IMG/VR virus record: IMGVR_UViG_3300031576_000013
Location: 1-64,000 of that record
DNA length: 64,000 bases
Source: a virus
Strand: one strand, 5' to 3'
Below, one piece after another: positions 7,555 to 16,511 of this stretch. The notes under the pieces were generated by a model, which was not told where the DNA came from, made no database searches, and was given only the letters and a program-made list of their open reading frames with translations. Within the stretch, counting starts at the first letter, position 1; every line of letters begins with the position of its first letter. The position numbers and the translations under genes are program-made.

Positions 7555-8174
7555 AGATCGCACGCCGATATCGCGTCCTGACGTTCGGGACGTTCGTCTT
7601 TTGTATATTTGTGCCGGTCGCTTACCTGGCGCTGTTTGCGCTTGCAGTTGTCAGAAACGACCACCTTCCGCTTCCTGCCTGGATCACATTCACGGCGACG
7701 GGACTTGGATTTGTCGGGATCGCGCTTCGTATCCTGCTCTTGCGCAAGGCTCACGCCGACGCGGTCTCCTTCACGACTTCTCAAGGCGTCGATGTGCTCA
7801 CGGGTTCGCAAGCGCCGGCTGCCGAAGCCGTGGCGCAAATTCTCGATAGCGAGTTCATGCGCGCCATCGCTTTTTGGGTGCAGCGTTATCCTTCTCATGG
7901 AGACGCCCTGCGGCGTGTCTTCGATGGGGCGTCCCTTGAGTTCTCGACCGAAGTGCTCGTCGCTCACGGCGCGCATGGCGAACGGCGTTTCGCCTTAGGG
8001 CTTGCTGCCGGCCGCGCGATGGCGGTGATGTGGAAAGTGGGCGAGCCGCTCGAACGCCTCCGGGCGCTCGTCCGCCACGAAGCGGGCCACGTCGCGCTGT
8101 GGGCCATTCATCCGAACATCGCCGAAGACGCCGCTCACACCTTGATGACGACCGAGAGGTACGAGCACGGTTGA
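7551..8174 (+). CDS. Membrane-anchored HExxH zinc-metallopeptidase-like protein
   Basis: Two N-terminal TM segments; LVRHEAGH...EDAAH. Confidence 0.7.
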   Translation: MKIARRYRVLTFGTFVFCIFVPVAYLALFALAVVRNDHLPLPAWITFTATGLGFVGIALRILLLRKAHADAVSFTTSQGVDVLTGSQAPAAEAVAQILDSEFMRAIAFWVQRYPSHGDALRRVFDGASLEFSTEVLVAHGAHGERRFALGLAAGRAMAVMWKVGEPLERLRALVRHEAGHVALWAIHPNIAEDAAHTLMTTERYEHG

Positions 8175-8190
8175 TCACGGTTGATCACTA

Positions 8191-8220
8191 TTGCTATTGT
8201 ATAGCGGTTTGTGCTACAAT
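8191..8220 (+). promoter_or_regulatory. Sigma70-type promoter, likely leaderless transcript
   Basis: TTGCTA-18 nt-TACAAT with extended -10 TG; ATG 6 nt downstream with no RBS. Confidence 0.55.
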
Positions 8221-8226
8221 ACGTTC

Positions 8227-8523
8227 ATGGTCAAATCGCCTGTTAATCTCTCCGAACAAGATCTCCCCTCTTCTGGATCCCCGACAAAAGTAACCAAGCG
8301 TGGCAATGTCGATAGGATCGTCAACCATCCGAAGTGGTCGAAATTCTTCATGATCGTCATCTTGGGTACCGCAGCCATCTTGATCAAAAAGATCGCGCCG
8401 ATCGTCGAAGTCTATGAAGCACACGCCACGGGCGGGCTGCATTACACCGAGCGCCAGAGTCGTGCTCTCGAAGCCATCGCAGCGGAGCTGAAACAACTTC
8501 GTCAAAACGCGTGTCCCAGGTAA
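8227..8523 (+). CDS. Single-TM membrane protein
   Basis: FFMIVILGTAAILI segment, C-terminal helix. Confidence 0.65.
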   Translation: MVKSPVNLSEQDLPSSGSPTKVTKRGNVDRIVNHPKWSKFFMIVILGTAAILIKKIAPIVEVYEAHATGGLHYTERQSRALEAIAAELKQLRQNACPR

Positions 8524-8583
8524 GTTGCCAATAACAGTCATCCGGGAACCCAGAGGAGGGGATTTTACCGAAGGTATTGACCG

Positions 8584-8826
8584 ATGCGCGACGACGTAGA
8601 GCTACAGGCACGCTGGGAAGTCGAGATCGGCAAATTTGCCCGTTCGTACGACGACGCGACGAAGGCATATGAGCAATCATACGCACGATTGATTCGTGCG
8701 TTGCGCTCTACTCGCCCCGGACGACGCGGTTTGACGATGCAGCGTCACCACCGTAGGATGGTTTTTCTGGGAAACTTGCGCATTGAGCTCGACAAGGTGG
8801 ATACGGCCAAGAGGAGCAAAAAATGA
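8584..8826 (+). CDS. Hypothetical protein
   Basis: 80-aa ORF, ATGA-coupled to the nuclease gene. Confidence 0.6.
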   Translation: MRDDVELQARWEVEIGKFARSYDDATKAYEQSYARLIRALRSTRPGRRGLTMQRHHRRMVFLGNLRIELDKVDTAKRSKK

Positions 8827-9212
8827 CGTTGGACGAACTACTCGGCCGGAAGAACGAGCTTCTGTATTGGTACAAGGGACGCGCGCTTCGAATCGTCGAT
8901 GGTGACACCGCCGACATCGAATTCGCGTTGGGCTTTCACCTGACTGCTGCCCTTCGCGTGCGCCTTCTTGGCGTCAATGCTTTCGAACTCAATTCGGACG
9001 ACGAACACTCTCGTGCCAAAGCAATCGAGGCGCGCGAGTTCTTGCGCCAAAGGTTGATCGCCGACCACGAGGAACCGTGGCCACTGCTCGTCCGGACCGA
9101 GAAGTCCGACAGCTTCGGCAGGTGGCTTGTGAGAATCGTCCTTCCTGGCGGCGACGATATTGCCGAGCAGTTGCTCAAACGAGAACTTGCTGTTCCCTAC
9201 AAACGGAGATAA
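8823..9212 (+). CDS. Thermonuclease (SNase-like) family nuclease
   Basis: RIVDGDT, VRLLGVNAFE, DSFGRWL motifs. Confidence 0.92.
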   Translation: MTLDELLGRKNELLYWYKGRALRIVDGDTADIEFALGFHLTAALRVRLLGVNAFELNSDDEHSRAKAIEAREFLRQRLIADHEEPWPLLVRTEKSDSFGRWLVRIVLPGGDDIAEQLLKRELAVPYKRR

Positions 9213-9214
9213 TC

Positions 9215-9520
9215 ATGGATCTGATCAAAACCAAGCCGGTGGAAGACAGGGCGAAAACGGTGGAACGTATCGAGCGTGTCGGCTATCAACTTGATGCTGT
9301 CTATAACACACTTCTAGGTTGCGAAGCCGAACTCGGCAAAATCGAAGAACAAGTCGCCAATTGGAAGAAAACCGAGGCCGAAACTCTCGGAGAAAACGAT
9401 ACGCTCACCGGACTTCTCGTCGATGGACTCGAAATTATGCGTACGGAGCTGCGCATGATCTTGGAGCACGTCGACCCCGTGGGACAGATGCGAAAGCTCA
9501 TCCGGGAACGCACGGTATGA
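9215..9520 (+). CDS. Hypothetical coiled-coil protein
   Basis: GGAG RBS before MDLIKTKP. Confidence 0.65.
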   Translation: MDLIKTKPVEDRAKTVERIERVGYQLDAVYNTLLGCEAELGKIEEQVANWKKTEAETLGENDTLTGLLVDGLEIMRTELRMILEHVDPVGQMRKLIRERTV

Positions 9521-9747
9521 CGCAACCTCGCTTCGTTTTGCTCGATCCGACGAACAACCGAGAAGACGGTGAGTGGATTCGTTCGCGTAAGCCTCTCTGG
9601 CGGTGCGCCGGTCCGTGCGCGGCGGTCTTGTTCGAGGGACAGCTGGAAGACCACGTTTGCGCGGACGTGACGTTTGCAAGCTTGGCGACTTTGGCTGTCT
9701 CTCGTAAACCCGTCCCGTATCACGGCTGGCAACGGGTTCGAAAGTGA
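9517..9747 (+). CDS. Hypothetical small Zn-finger protein
   Basis: ATGA/GTGA coupling; CAGPC...HVC. Confidence 0.6.
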   Translation: MTQPRFVLLDPTNNREDGEWIRSRKPLWRCAGPCAAVLFEGQLEDHVCADVTFASLATLAVSRKPVPYHGWQRVRK

Positions 9748-10196
9748 CGATCCCCGAGCTTGTTGCAAGCATGGTTCTGATGGCTGGGCCGCAGCACCCG
9801 AACGTACAGAAGTATGTCGAGTACAGGGCGCGCGTGTTGGCTCCGGTGATCCTGGCCGAACACGCGGAGTTCGACCCGATTATAATTGCCGCGCAAGCAT
9901 GGAAGGAATCGAGCTTCAGGCTCAACGTCGAAGGTTCGCACGGAGACGTGGGACCGTGGCAGGTCCGGCGTGAGGGTCTGGCCCGTTACCTGTGTCGCGA
10001 TCTTCTGCCGGATCTAAAGGACCGGACGATCAATTTGCGCTGTGCAGTCCGGCTTTTGCGCCGAGCTATTTCAGCTTGCGGCCCTGATCCCGCCCATTTC
10101 CTCGGCAAATACAATGGCAAAACCGAGTGTGGGCCTGGCAAGTATAGCAAGCGCGTTCTTGCGATCGCGGCGAGGGCGCGCCTCCAAAAGTCTTAG
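9744..10196 (+). CDS. Lytic transglycosylase (SLT domain), candidate endolysin
   Basis: AWKESSF catalytic Glu motif, GPWQV, NLRCAVRLL, KYNG. Confidence 0.88.
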   Translation: MTIPELVASMVLMAGPQHPNVQKYVEYRARVLAPVILAEHAEFDPIIIAAQAWKESSFRLNVEGSHGDVGPWQVRREGLARYLCRDLLPDLKDRTINLRCAVRLLRRAISACGPDPAHFLGKYNGKTECGPGKYSKRVLAIAARARLQKS

Positions 10197-10259
10197 CGAT
10201 TCGCCAATGCCCCCCTTTCTGGATTCCCGGACGTTAGCAACGTAACCTTCACGCAAAAC

Positions 10260-10517
10260 ATGCACACTCCTTGCGACTGCAAAACTTTACTCGGCGCGAT
10301 GATCAAGCATTCAGCGCAAGTAAAACTCGAGTTCGGCGAATCGGATGGCGAATGGCTCGTCCAGGTGACAACTTCGACGGGGTCGGTTTATATGACCCCA
10401 CATGCCGCTATACATAACGCCGACGAGCTCGACATTTTCGAGCCTGAGTTGGCTACTTTTGCTGGCAAAATCCGGCACATGGCGAATCGGGCTTTGCATA
10501 AGAACGTTGACGCGTGA
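10260..10517 (+). CDS. Hypothetical protein
   Basis: 85-aa ORF coupled to the next gene. Confidence 0.55.
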   Translation: MHTPCDCKTLLGAMIKHSAQVKLEFGESDGEWLVQVTTSTGSVYMTPHAAIHNADELDIFEPELATFAGKIRHMANRALHKNVDA

Positions 10518-10867
10518 ATCCCGTATTCGCAGACGTGTCAGTAGCCGAGATCGCTCACATTCGATCCAAGCTCGGTATATTCGCCGAACTCATGTCCGTG
10601 CGTCTTGGACGTGGAACACACGCCGATGGATTTCCAGAGCCGTTCATGTTGAACGTCTTGTTCACGTGTGTACGTGAGAGCGTGGAAGACTTGTATCGAT
10701 CCTCGCAGGCCGCATGGAAATTGAAGGATCGTCCTGCCGTCGGTGAATCGAAGATCGAGGTTGCGAATATCGCGGCCGATCTAGCCTTGTTTGCCATGCT
10801 CATCGCCGACCGCTTCGAATCCATCAACGATGCGATTCACGCGGGGCGTGATAAGGTCGGTCCGTGA
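10514..10867 (+). CDS. Degenerate MazG-like all-alpha protein
   Basis: FAELM..RL...RESVEDL...AADLALFAMLIAD resembles phage EAADVANFAMMIAD proteins. Confidence 0.5.
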   Translation: MNPVFADVSVAEIAHIRSKLGIFAELMSVRLGRGTHADGFPEPFMLNVLFTCVRESVEDLYRSSQAAWKLKDRPAVGESKIEVANIAADLALFAMLIADRFESINDAIHAGRDKVGP

Positions 10868-11199
10868 TTCACGCACTTACCCCCAGAACCAAGCAGATCG
10901 TGAAGCTTGTCGCCCTTGCGCTGCTGATCATCCTGGTCGGCGTTGGTTGGTTGTTACTCAGTTCGTGGCGTCGGAAGACGAAGACTTCGGGTGCGCCGTC
11001 TGATGCGATCAAGGAGACGATCACCAACCTTGCGCTCAACGTCGCGGCGACGAACAACCAAGCCGCGATCGAAGTCACGGCGGCGCGTACCAACGACACG
11101 GCGGTGAAGACCGAATTGAAATCGATCCTCGCCGACAAGGACGTTACCCGGCGCCTCGAACGGCTGGTCGACCTCCGCAAGCGCGTCGAGGTGGATTAA
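10864..11199 (+). CDS. i-spanin-like membrane protein
   Basis: N-terminal TM followed by a helical domain; directly upstream of a lipoprotein. Confidence 0.5.
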   Translation: MIHALTPRTKQIVKLVALALLIILVGVGWLLLSSWRRKTKTSGAPSDAIKETITNLALNVAATNNQAAIEVTAARTNDTAVKTELKSILADKDVTRRLERLVDLRKRVEVD

Positions 11200-11253
11200 T
11201 ATTTTTTAATTACGCACTAATATTTTTTATAAAACAAAGAGGCTCGAAATCGT

Positions 11254-11802
11254 GTGACAGCGCAACGGGTTGTTGAATCACTTGCATCACTAGTGATAGT
11301 GCTATCACTTGGGTGCGCTCACGCCGAAAAACCGATCGATCTGACCCCACTCAAGGTCACGATCCTCCCGCCGCAGCTCGATTTCGAGCGCGTTCTGCCA
11401 CCAGCCGCCCCGGAAAAGGTCGACGCGCCTCAAGACTCGGCTCGTTTTGAGGACATTCCGGTCCTCGGCGGGAAGCTCTGTGACAAGGCGAACAACTGCA
11501 AGGAGCTTCCCGCAGGCATCCTTCTCTCCGAAGAATCGTATGTGAAGATCATCGCCGACAAGGCGACACTCAAGCGGGTTAAAATTGAGCTTTCGGTCGT
11601 AAAGAATTTACGATCCGAGGAGCATAAATTGATCCGTTTGGCTGAAACGGCCTACCAAAACAACATCGTAGATCTGCAAAAAGAGAATGTCGAACTGCGA
11701 AGACCGAAGTTCTGGAACGAGTTCAAACCAATTCTTGGCTTCGTGCTTGGTGTGTCGATGTCGGCGGCGACCGTGTACGGGATCAACAAGGCGGCAAAAT
11801 AA
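11254..11802 (+). CDS. Lipoprotein with coiled coil and C-terminal TM (spanin-like)
   Basis: Lipobox LSLG-C; Pro-rich linker; C-terminal ILGFVLGVSMSAATVYGI. Confidence 0.6.
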   Translation: MTAQRVVESLASLVIVLSLGCAHAEKPIDLTPLKVTILPPQLDFERVLPPAAPEKVDAPQDSARFEDIPVLGGKLCDKANNCKELPAGILLSEESYVKIIADKATLKRVKIELSVVKNLRSEEHKLIRLAETAYQNNIVDLQKENVELRRPKFWNEFKPILGFVLGVSMSAATVYGINKAAK

Positions 11803-11804
11803 CC

Positions 11805-12323
11805 ATGAACAAGATCAAGTACGCGATCCTCTTTTTGATCTGCATCCCCCCAAACGTTCCGGGATGGATCTTCATCCTTCTGCTCCGCGTGTTCTTCGGG
11901 AAACGGCTTGCGTGGAAGATGGATGCTTTGTGGTGCGAACTCGCCGAGAAATCGTGGTTCAGGCATAAGTTGTATCCCGGCTACGACCCTACGACGGGCA
12001 AAGCGGGTTGGGGCGGTACGACTCTTGGTCCGCACTGCGGCTTCGTGAACTACGGCGAGCTCGATACTGATGTTCTCACCCACGAAACGGTCCACACTGA
12101 ACAATATGAAGTCGAGGCGATCCAGAACTTCGCGTTTGCCTGCTTGATTACCGGACTGGGGACGGCGTGGTGGATCGGCCTTGGTTGGTGGTCGCTGAGC
12201 GGGTTCGCTTCGATGCTCGCGGGCTTCGTCGTCGCGTGGCTACGCAACGAACCGCCTTATCGCGGAAGTATATTAGAAGAGAGCGCATATTCGTTAAGCG
12301 GCGGTTGTCGCGTTAAACGATAG
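11805..12323 (+). CDS. Membrane protein with HExxH motif
   Basis: LTHETVHTEQYE...LEESAY; hydrophobic segments at both ends. Confidence 0.7.
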   Translation: MNKIKYAILFLICIPPNVPGWIFILLLRVFFGKRLAWKMDALWCELAEKSWFRHKLYPGYDPTTGKAGWGGTTLGPHCGFVNYGELDTDVLTHETVHTEQYEVEAIQNFAFACLITGLGTAWWIGLGWWSLSGFASMLAGFVVAWLRNEPPYRGSILEESAYSLSGGCRVKR

Positions 12324-12334
12324 AGAATACTTAA

Positions 12335-12982
12335 GTGCCAAGACCATTAATTTTTCCGGCAATCGGTAGTACTTTCGGACGTTTAACTGTGCTTAGACCC
12401 ATAAAAGGCCCTAAGCGTACAATGGTCGAGTGTAGATGCATGTGCGGCACAGTTAAAACGTATCAGTTGCACGATATTTGTAATGGACATTCAACTTCAT
12501 GTGGTTGCTACTCCCGAGAGCTAATAAAGGTGAGAAGCCGGAACCCAAACTGGTTGCGGAATGCTCGACAAGCAATTACTAAACACGGACATGCGCGTCG
12601 TGCCACGCAAAGTCCCGAATATAAGTCATGGTGTTCGATGCTTGCACGTTGCAATAACCGTAACAATCCAAAATTCTCGACTTATGGCGGAAGAGGTATA
12701 AAGGTAAGTCCTGGATGGGTTGACTCATTCGCCATATTTCTTAGTGATATGGGGCTGAAGCCAACCACTAAACATTCGCTTGGGCGGATTGACAATAACA
12801 GGGGCTATGAACCCGATAATTGCCGATGGGAAACCCCACAACAACAGGCTACAAATAAAACTAACACTATTCGGATACCTTTTAGGGATAGTGTTCTTTG
12901 TCTAAAAGAGGTTGCTGAAATAACGGGCATAAACTATTATACTCTCTGGACGCGGTACAAGAAAGCAACGAATTTTGCATAA
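12335..12982 (+). CDS. HNH-type homing endonuclease
   Basis: FGRLTV..CRCMCG..SCGC; YGGRGIKV; SLGRIDNNRGYEPDNCRW; lower GC than flanks. Confidence 0.9.
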   Translation: MPRPLIFPAIGSTFGRLTVLRPIKGPKRTMVECRCMCGTVKTYQLHDICNGHSTSCGCYSRELIKVRSRNPNWLRNARQAITKHGHARRATQSPEYKSWCSMLARCNNRNNPKFSTYGGRGIKVSPGWVDSFAIFLSDMGLKPTTKHSLGRIDNNRGYEPDNCRWETPQQQATNKTNTIRIPFRDSVLCLKEVAEITGINYYTLWTRYKKATNFA

Positions 12983-13019
12983 ATAATCCTACGCTTAGTA
13001 GTTCGGCGGCGGCCCACAG

Positions 13020-13559
13020 TTATTTACCGGCTGCCGCCGCGACGTTCGCTGCTTGGCGCTGTTGCAGGACTTCGTCGTACAGCTTCGGGATCGGCTTGAG
13101 GGGCGCACTTGCTTTTAGCGACATGCCCTTTACGTCGGTAACCGCGATCCCGGTGCTCGCCGATCCTATAGATGTGCGCCCGCCACCACCGCGCCCGAAG
13201 CCTACGCCCGTCGCCGAGCCTCTACCGAAGCCGAGCGACCCAGACCCCGCACTTCGTGGACGGAAAGAACCGCCTGTTGAAGCCGGCGCGTCAGGCTTGG
13301 CTGCCGTGCGCTCCTTGAGGACTAGCGACCAGAGGCGCTTTTCGTTCTCCTGCAAGTTCTCGACAGCGATACGAATCTTATCCAGATTCCCCGCAAGCGA
13401 TTCGTAGCTGACGGTGGCTTGTGTTTTCGCCTCGGTCTTTGCTTCAGACTTCGCCGCGTGATACGTACCTAGTGCACTCCCGAGCGCTGACAGCAGCACT
13501 CCGGCGACCTTGAGAGCCGACAACCACTTCGATTTCGAGTCACTCAACGCGTGCCTCAA
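13020..13559 (-). CDS. Membrane-anchored protein with Gly-rich segment (start possibly 13547)
   Basis: N-terminal TM, coiled coil, GFGRG repeats. Confidence 0.65.
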   Translation of the reverse strand: MRHALSDSKSKWLSALKVAGVLLSALGSALGTYHAAKSEAKTEAKTQATVSYESLAGNLDKIRIAVENLQENEKRLWSLVLKERTAAKPDAPASTGGSFRPRSAGSGSLGFGRGSATGVGFGRGGGGRTSIGSASTGIAVTDVKGMSLKASAPLKPIPKLYDEVLQQRQAANVAAAAGK

Positions 13560-13831
13560 TGGAACTTACCGATTTTGCGACCCTTGACGAATTTGGTCAA
13601 GACGATCCGAGTACGTACGCCATACCTACCGTCGACGACCCACGTTGGCAGATGTGGTGTGCGCCGCTCCGCGCCTACCTACGAACCGCTCATACGTGGC
13701 CGGAGATCTTCCTTTGGGCCGAGTCACACGGTCGCAGGCGCGTGTTCGTGCGGCAAATGGTCGCGGCGCTATCGTTTCGCCGTCTAGTCGGCTGGCGTGA
13801 TGACCGGAAAGCTTGGCGCGCGATGCACTAG
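13559..13831 (+). CDS. Hypothetical protein (possible winged helix)
   Basis: Only protein-like ORF filling the gap; lies opposite to its neighbours. Confidence 0.45.
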   Translation: MELTDFATLDEFGQDDPSTYAIPTVDDPRWQMWCAPLRAYLRTAHTWPEIFLWAESHGRRRVFVRQMVAALSFRRLVGWRDDRKAWRAMH

Positions 13832-13842
13832 GCGGCTTAGGA

Positions 13843-14127
13843 CTACTTGGACTTCGTGGCCACGAGCGTGCGGACGCGCGTTCCGAAGTCTACGAACGCG
13901 TCGGCCGAGCAGTAATGATGGAAAGTTGGACGCCCGCCGTCAGGTCGCGCCCACACCCAAATATCGAACGGATTCGTGCCCTCCGGACATACTTGCGCTG
14001 GCGCAACGAAGGCGCGCATCAGTTTTCCATTGAAGGGAAACCAGATCGCCCAACCGCTACGCCGTTCGTACTTGAACGCTTTGTTCTTGGTGCATACGGC
14101 GTCCGTAGGAGGTCGATGCGAACTCAT
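13843..14127 (-). CDS. Hypothetical protein
   Basis: MSSHRPP... start overlaps the SspB stop (ATGA). Confidence 0.6.
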   Translation of the reverse strand: MSSHRPPTDAVCTKNKAFKYERRSGWAIWFPFNGKLMRAFVAPAQVCPEGTNPFDIWVWARPDGGRPTFHHYCSADAFVDFGTRVRTLVATKSK

Positions 14128-14657
14128 TCGACGCCGCCTTTCAAGACCCTGAAGGACGCCTTCAGCTTGGCGCGTTCTTGAATCTTCGCTTCTTGCGCCA
14201 TGCCTTTCGCGATCTCTTCGCGCACTTCCGTGGGTACGTCTTCGTCCCATACGATTCCTTCGCCCGCACGCCCTGCGATATTGAGCGTCGCGATCCCGAA
14301 TACTGTTTGCCATGGCACGCGCACATAGCAGGCCGTGCCCTGGAAGATCAACGTGGCTTCGACGAGCTCGTCGTCGTATTTGAGATCCGTAGTCGGTATC
14401 GGCAGTTCCGACCCGAATGCGAGCGCCACGGAGGCTCGCCCTTTGTACGCTGGCGGGACTTCGACGTTCGCGGGCCGTGGGTCGAGGTGCACGAGAACTT
14501 TTCCATCTCGCAGCATCGCCGCGAAGACCTCAGGCTTGGCCTTGGTATAGGTGGCGCTCGTCATACCTGGGCTCATTCGTATAGCATACCGCAATACGCC
14601 AGCGTCGTCAAGCTCATCACTCGGCTTCGCTTTCGATCCCGAGCGCCGCTTCGGCAC
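14124..14657 (-). CDS. sspB: ClpXP specificity-enhancing adaptor SspB (myxobacterial type)
   Basis: VLVHLDPR..VEVP...LPIP..DL..DD..VEATL.F....VRVPW..VFGI...VW.EDVP; C-terminal FRVLK ClpX-binding-like motif. Confidence 0.85.
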   Translation of the reverse strand: MPKRRSGSKAKPSDELDDAGVLRYAIRMSPGMTSATYTKAKPEVFAAMLRDGKVLVHLDPRPANVEVPPAYKGRASVALAFGSELPIPTTDLKYDDELVEATLIFQGTACYVRVPWQTVFGIATLNIAGRAGEGIVWDEDVPTEVREEIAKGMAQEAKIQERAKLKASFRVLKGGVE

Positions 14658-14970
14658 GCAACCTTCTAGGTAGATCCACCTGTGTGATGGCGATGGCCCT
14701 GAGCGCCGTCAACACTTCGGTTCTCTCGCCGATCACCGTCGTTGGATTCGTGACAAAGGCAAAGACCGCATCCCACGTTCGTTTGGGTAGGCGGTCGCTC
14801 CAGATTTCCAAGTCGCGCGCAAGCGGTGTGGGATCGCCGATCGCGATTCCACGAAGACTGAGTGGTTCGACCAAGGATCGCGGCGTCCCCACATAAAGCG
14901 TCTCGTCCAGCACCGTGTTTTGTAGAACCAGCGCGGCTTCGAACTCCAGCTTCGTTTGGAATAGCGACAT
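14617..14970 (-). CDS. Hypothetical protein
   Basis: GAGG RBS; lies between tmk and sspB. Confidence 0.6.
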   Translation of the reverse strand: MSLFQTKLEFEAALVLQNTVLDETLYVGTPRSLVEPLSLRGIAIGDPTPLARDLEIWSDRLPKRTWDAVFAFVTNPTTVIGERTEVLTALRAIAITQVDLPRRLRAEAALGIESEAE

Positions 14971-14979
14971 CGCGTCCTC

Positions 14980-15594
14980 TCATGGCAAAAATTCGACAAT
15001 GTTTGTCATTATAGCCTCGGTGACCTCGTCTTTCGCCCAACTACCCTCTACGGTGCACCAACGCGCGTCCCACAGTCCCAGCGTATGTGCGTTCTGCCAA
15101 GCGCGTTTGTAGTAGTCGCTTACCTTCTTCTGAAACGCTTGGTCGCTCTCGTAGACGTCGTCTTTTTGCGCGTTACGTTCGGCTAGTCGTCCTCCACGCG
15201 TTACAGGATCCGTCGAAATCAAGACTTGTAGATCGGCGCGGGGCAAGCAGCCGGCCATTTTGTACAACCAATCGATCGGCAAACCGTCCGCGCTTCCGTA
15301 CACGATCGAACTCATCACCCAGCGGCCGATCAGTATGATCGCTCCGCGCTCGTTCCAGTTCGTGATCTCATCGGCTGCTTCGAGCCGATCCGCGAGCAAC
15401 ATACACTGCAAGGCCAGGCGATCGTTCGGCAGGCAGTCTTTCAGCTTCTCCATGGCTGCGTTTCCGATCATCGTTCCCGTCCGAGGGAACTCGACCGCAC
15501 GAACCGAACAACCCAGCGACGTCAAACGCTCGCTCAAAAGCGCGATTTGCGTCGACTTACCCGCGCCGTCCGCGCCTTCGATCGCGACGATCAC
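14980..15594 (-). CDS. tmk: Thymidylate (dTMP) kinase
   Basis: IEGADGAGKST P-loop, EFPR, ADR, GRWVMSSIVYG, LPRADL. Confidence 0.93.
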   Translation of the reverse strand: MIVAIEGADGAGKSTQIALLSERLTSLGCSVRAVEFPRTGTMIGNAAMEKLKDCLPNDRLALQCMLLADRLEAADEITNWNERGAIILIGRWVMSSIVYGSADGLPIDWLYKMAGCLPRADLQVLISTDPVTRGGRLAERNAQKDDVYESDQAFQKKVSDYYKRAWQNAHTLGLWDARWCTVEGSWAKDEVTEAIMTNIVEFLP

Positions 15595-15788
15595 CGTGAT
15601 CCTTGACCCACGCTCGCCCGCACGAAACCGCCAGGAATCTTTTCCAGTTCTCCCAGTCTTCTCAGGGCTATACGTATGACCGCCGACTGTGACACACCGA
15701 GCTTCTCGCTCAGGGCGCGGATCAGCTCCATCGCCGTTTCGTCGAGTCTAAAGGCACGGAGCGTCAAGTGGCCTCGCGCGACAGGCAT
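15591..15788 (-). CDS. Ribbon-helix-helix (CopG-like) regulator
   Basis: AFRLD...LSEKLGVSQSAVIRIAL. Confidence 0.85.
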   Translation of the reverse strand: MPVARGHLTLRAFRLDETAMELIRALSEKLGVSQSAVIRIALRRLGELEKIPGGFVRASVGQGSR

Positions 15789-15798
15789 CGTGGTCTAC

Positions 15799-15828
15799 AA
15801 CGTAGCACGTTTCGCTCTACGCCGCCAA
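15799..15828 (-). promoter_or_regulatory. Putative promoter of the RHH-tmk-sspB operon
   Basis: TTGGCG-18 nt-TACGTT with extended -10 TG, about 10 nt before the ATG. Confidence 0.4.
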
Positions 15829-15916
15829 CGTCAACGAACACGAACACGAATGCTCCTCGACCCCCTCGCCCCCTTCTGGGTTCCCAGATGGATAACTGGC
15901 TGCCCTGAAAGCAGCG

Positions 15917-16228
15917 TCAGAGCGTCTGTGCGCCCTGTGGGGCTTTGTAGACCCATCCATGGAGGGGCGCAGGCTCTTCCGGACGGATGCCTGGAGGGTA
16001 CGCGTAGGCGACGAATTTACGGTCGGTCCCGAAGCCTAGCGACCGGATCAGGTAACCCTTCGATTCGAGCAGCGTGCGAACGCGTTTACGCATCGTGTCG
16101 TTGTCGCCGTCCGGGATCTCTAACGCGACTGGCACAAGGTGTGGGTTTAGACCTTTGCTGTCGACCGCGAACACTTTCAACTGCACTGGCATGACTAGAC
16201 AATCGCGTAGCCGGGGCAGTTTGTCCAT
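15917..16228 (-). CDS. Hypothetical protein (likely start at MPVQLK, ~16192)
   Basis: ORF in operon orientation. Confidence 0.6.
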   Translation of the reverse strand: MDKLPRLRDCLVMPVQLKVFAVDSKGLNPHLVPVALEIPDGDNDTMRKRVRTLLESKGYLIRSLGFGTDRKFVAYAYPPGIRPEEPAPLHGWVYKAPQGAQTL

Positions 16229-16506
16229 TCAGACTTTTCGGCGAACGGGCATTTGTACGGCGGGACGACTGAAAGCCCGCTCTCCGCGCCGTGCTTGTGC
16301 AGCCATCCTTCGCACTTTCCTTCGAAATCGATCCGCGTACACGGATTTGGTACGACGAAAAATTTGTGGAGTTTGTCGACATCGTGAGGGTTGGGGATCA
16401 CGCCGTTCTTGAGCAGGTGTTCGATCTTTTTTGCTAGGACGAGGGCGCCGCTCGATTTTGCCCCGTACGCCTGATCGATGAGATCTTGAATGGTCAGTTC
16501 AGACAT
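16195..16506 (-). CDS. Hypothetical Cys-rich protein
   Basis: 103 aa, 4 Cys in the C-terminal half; follows the fibre gene. Confidence 0.65.
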   Translation of the reverse strand: MSELTIQDLIDQAYGAKSSGALVLAKKIEHLLKNGVIPNPHDVDKLHKFFVVPNPCTRIDFEGKCEGWLHKHGAESGLSVVPPYKCPFAEKSEWTNCPGYAIV

Positions 16507-16511
16507 CGAGG

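Noticed and set aside
9499-9510. Partial motif matches (CATCCGGGAAC here; also near 7160, 34222, 38485, 44712)
   Set aside because: Only half the consensus; not counted without a PWM score
13813-14181. 122-aa + strand ORF
   Set aside because: Overlaps a better minus-strand gene (13843..14127) that is ATGA-coupled to sspB
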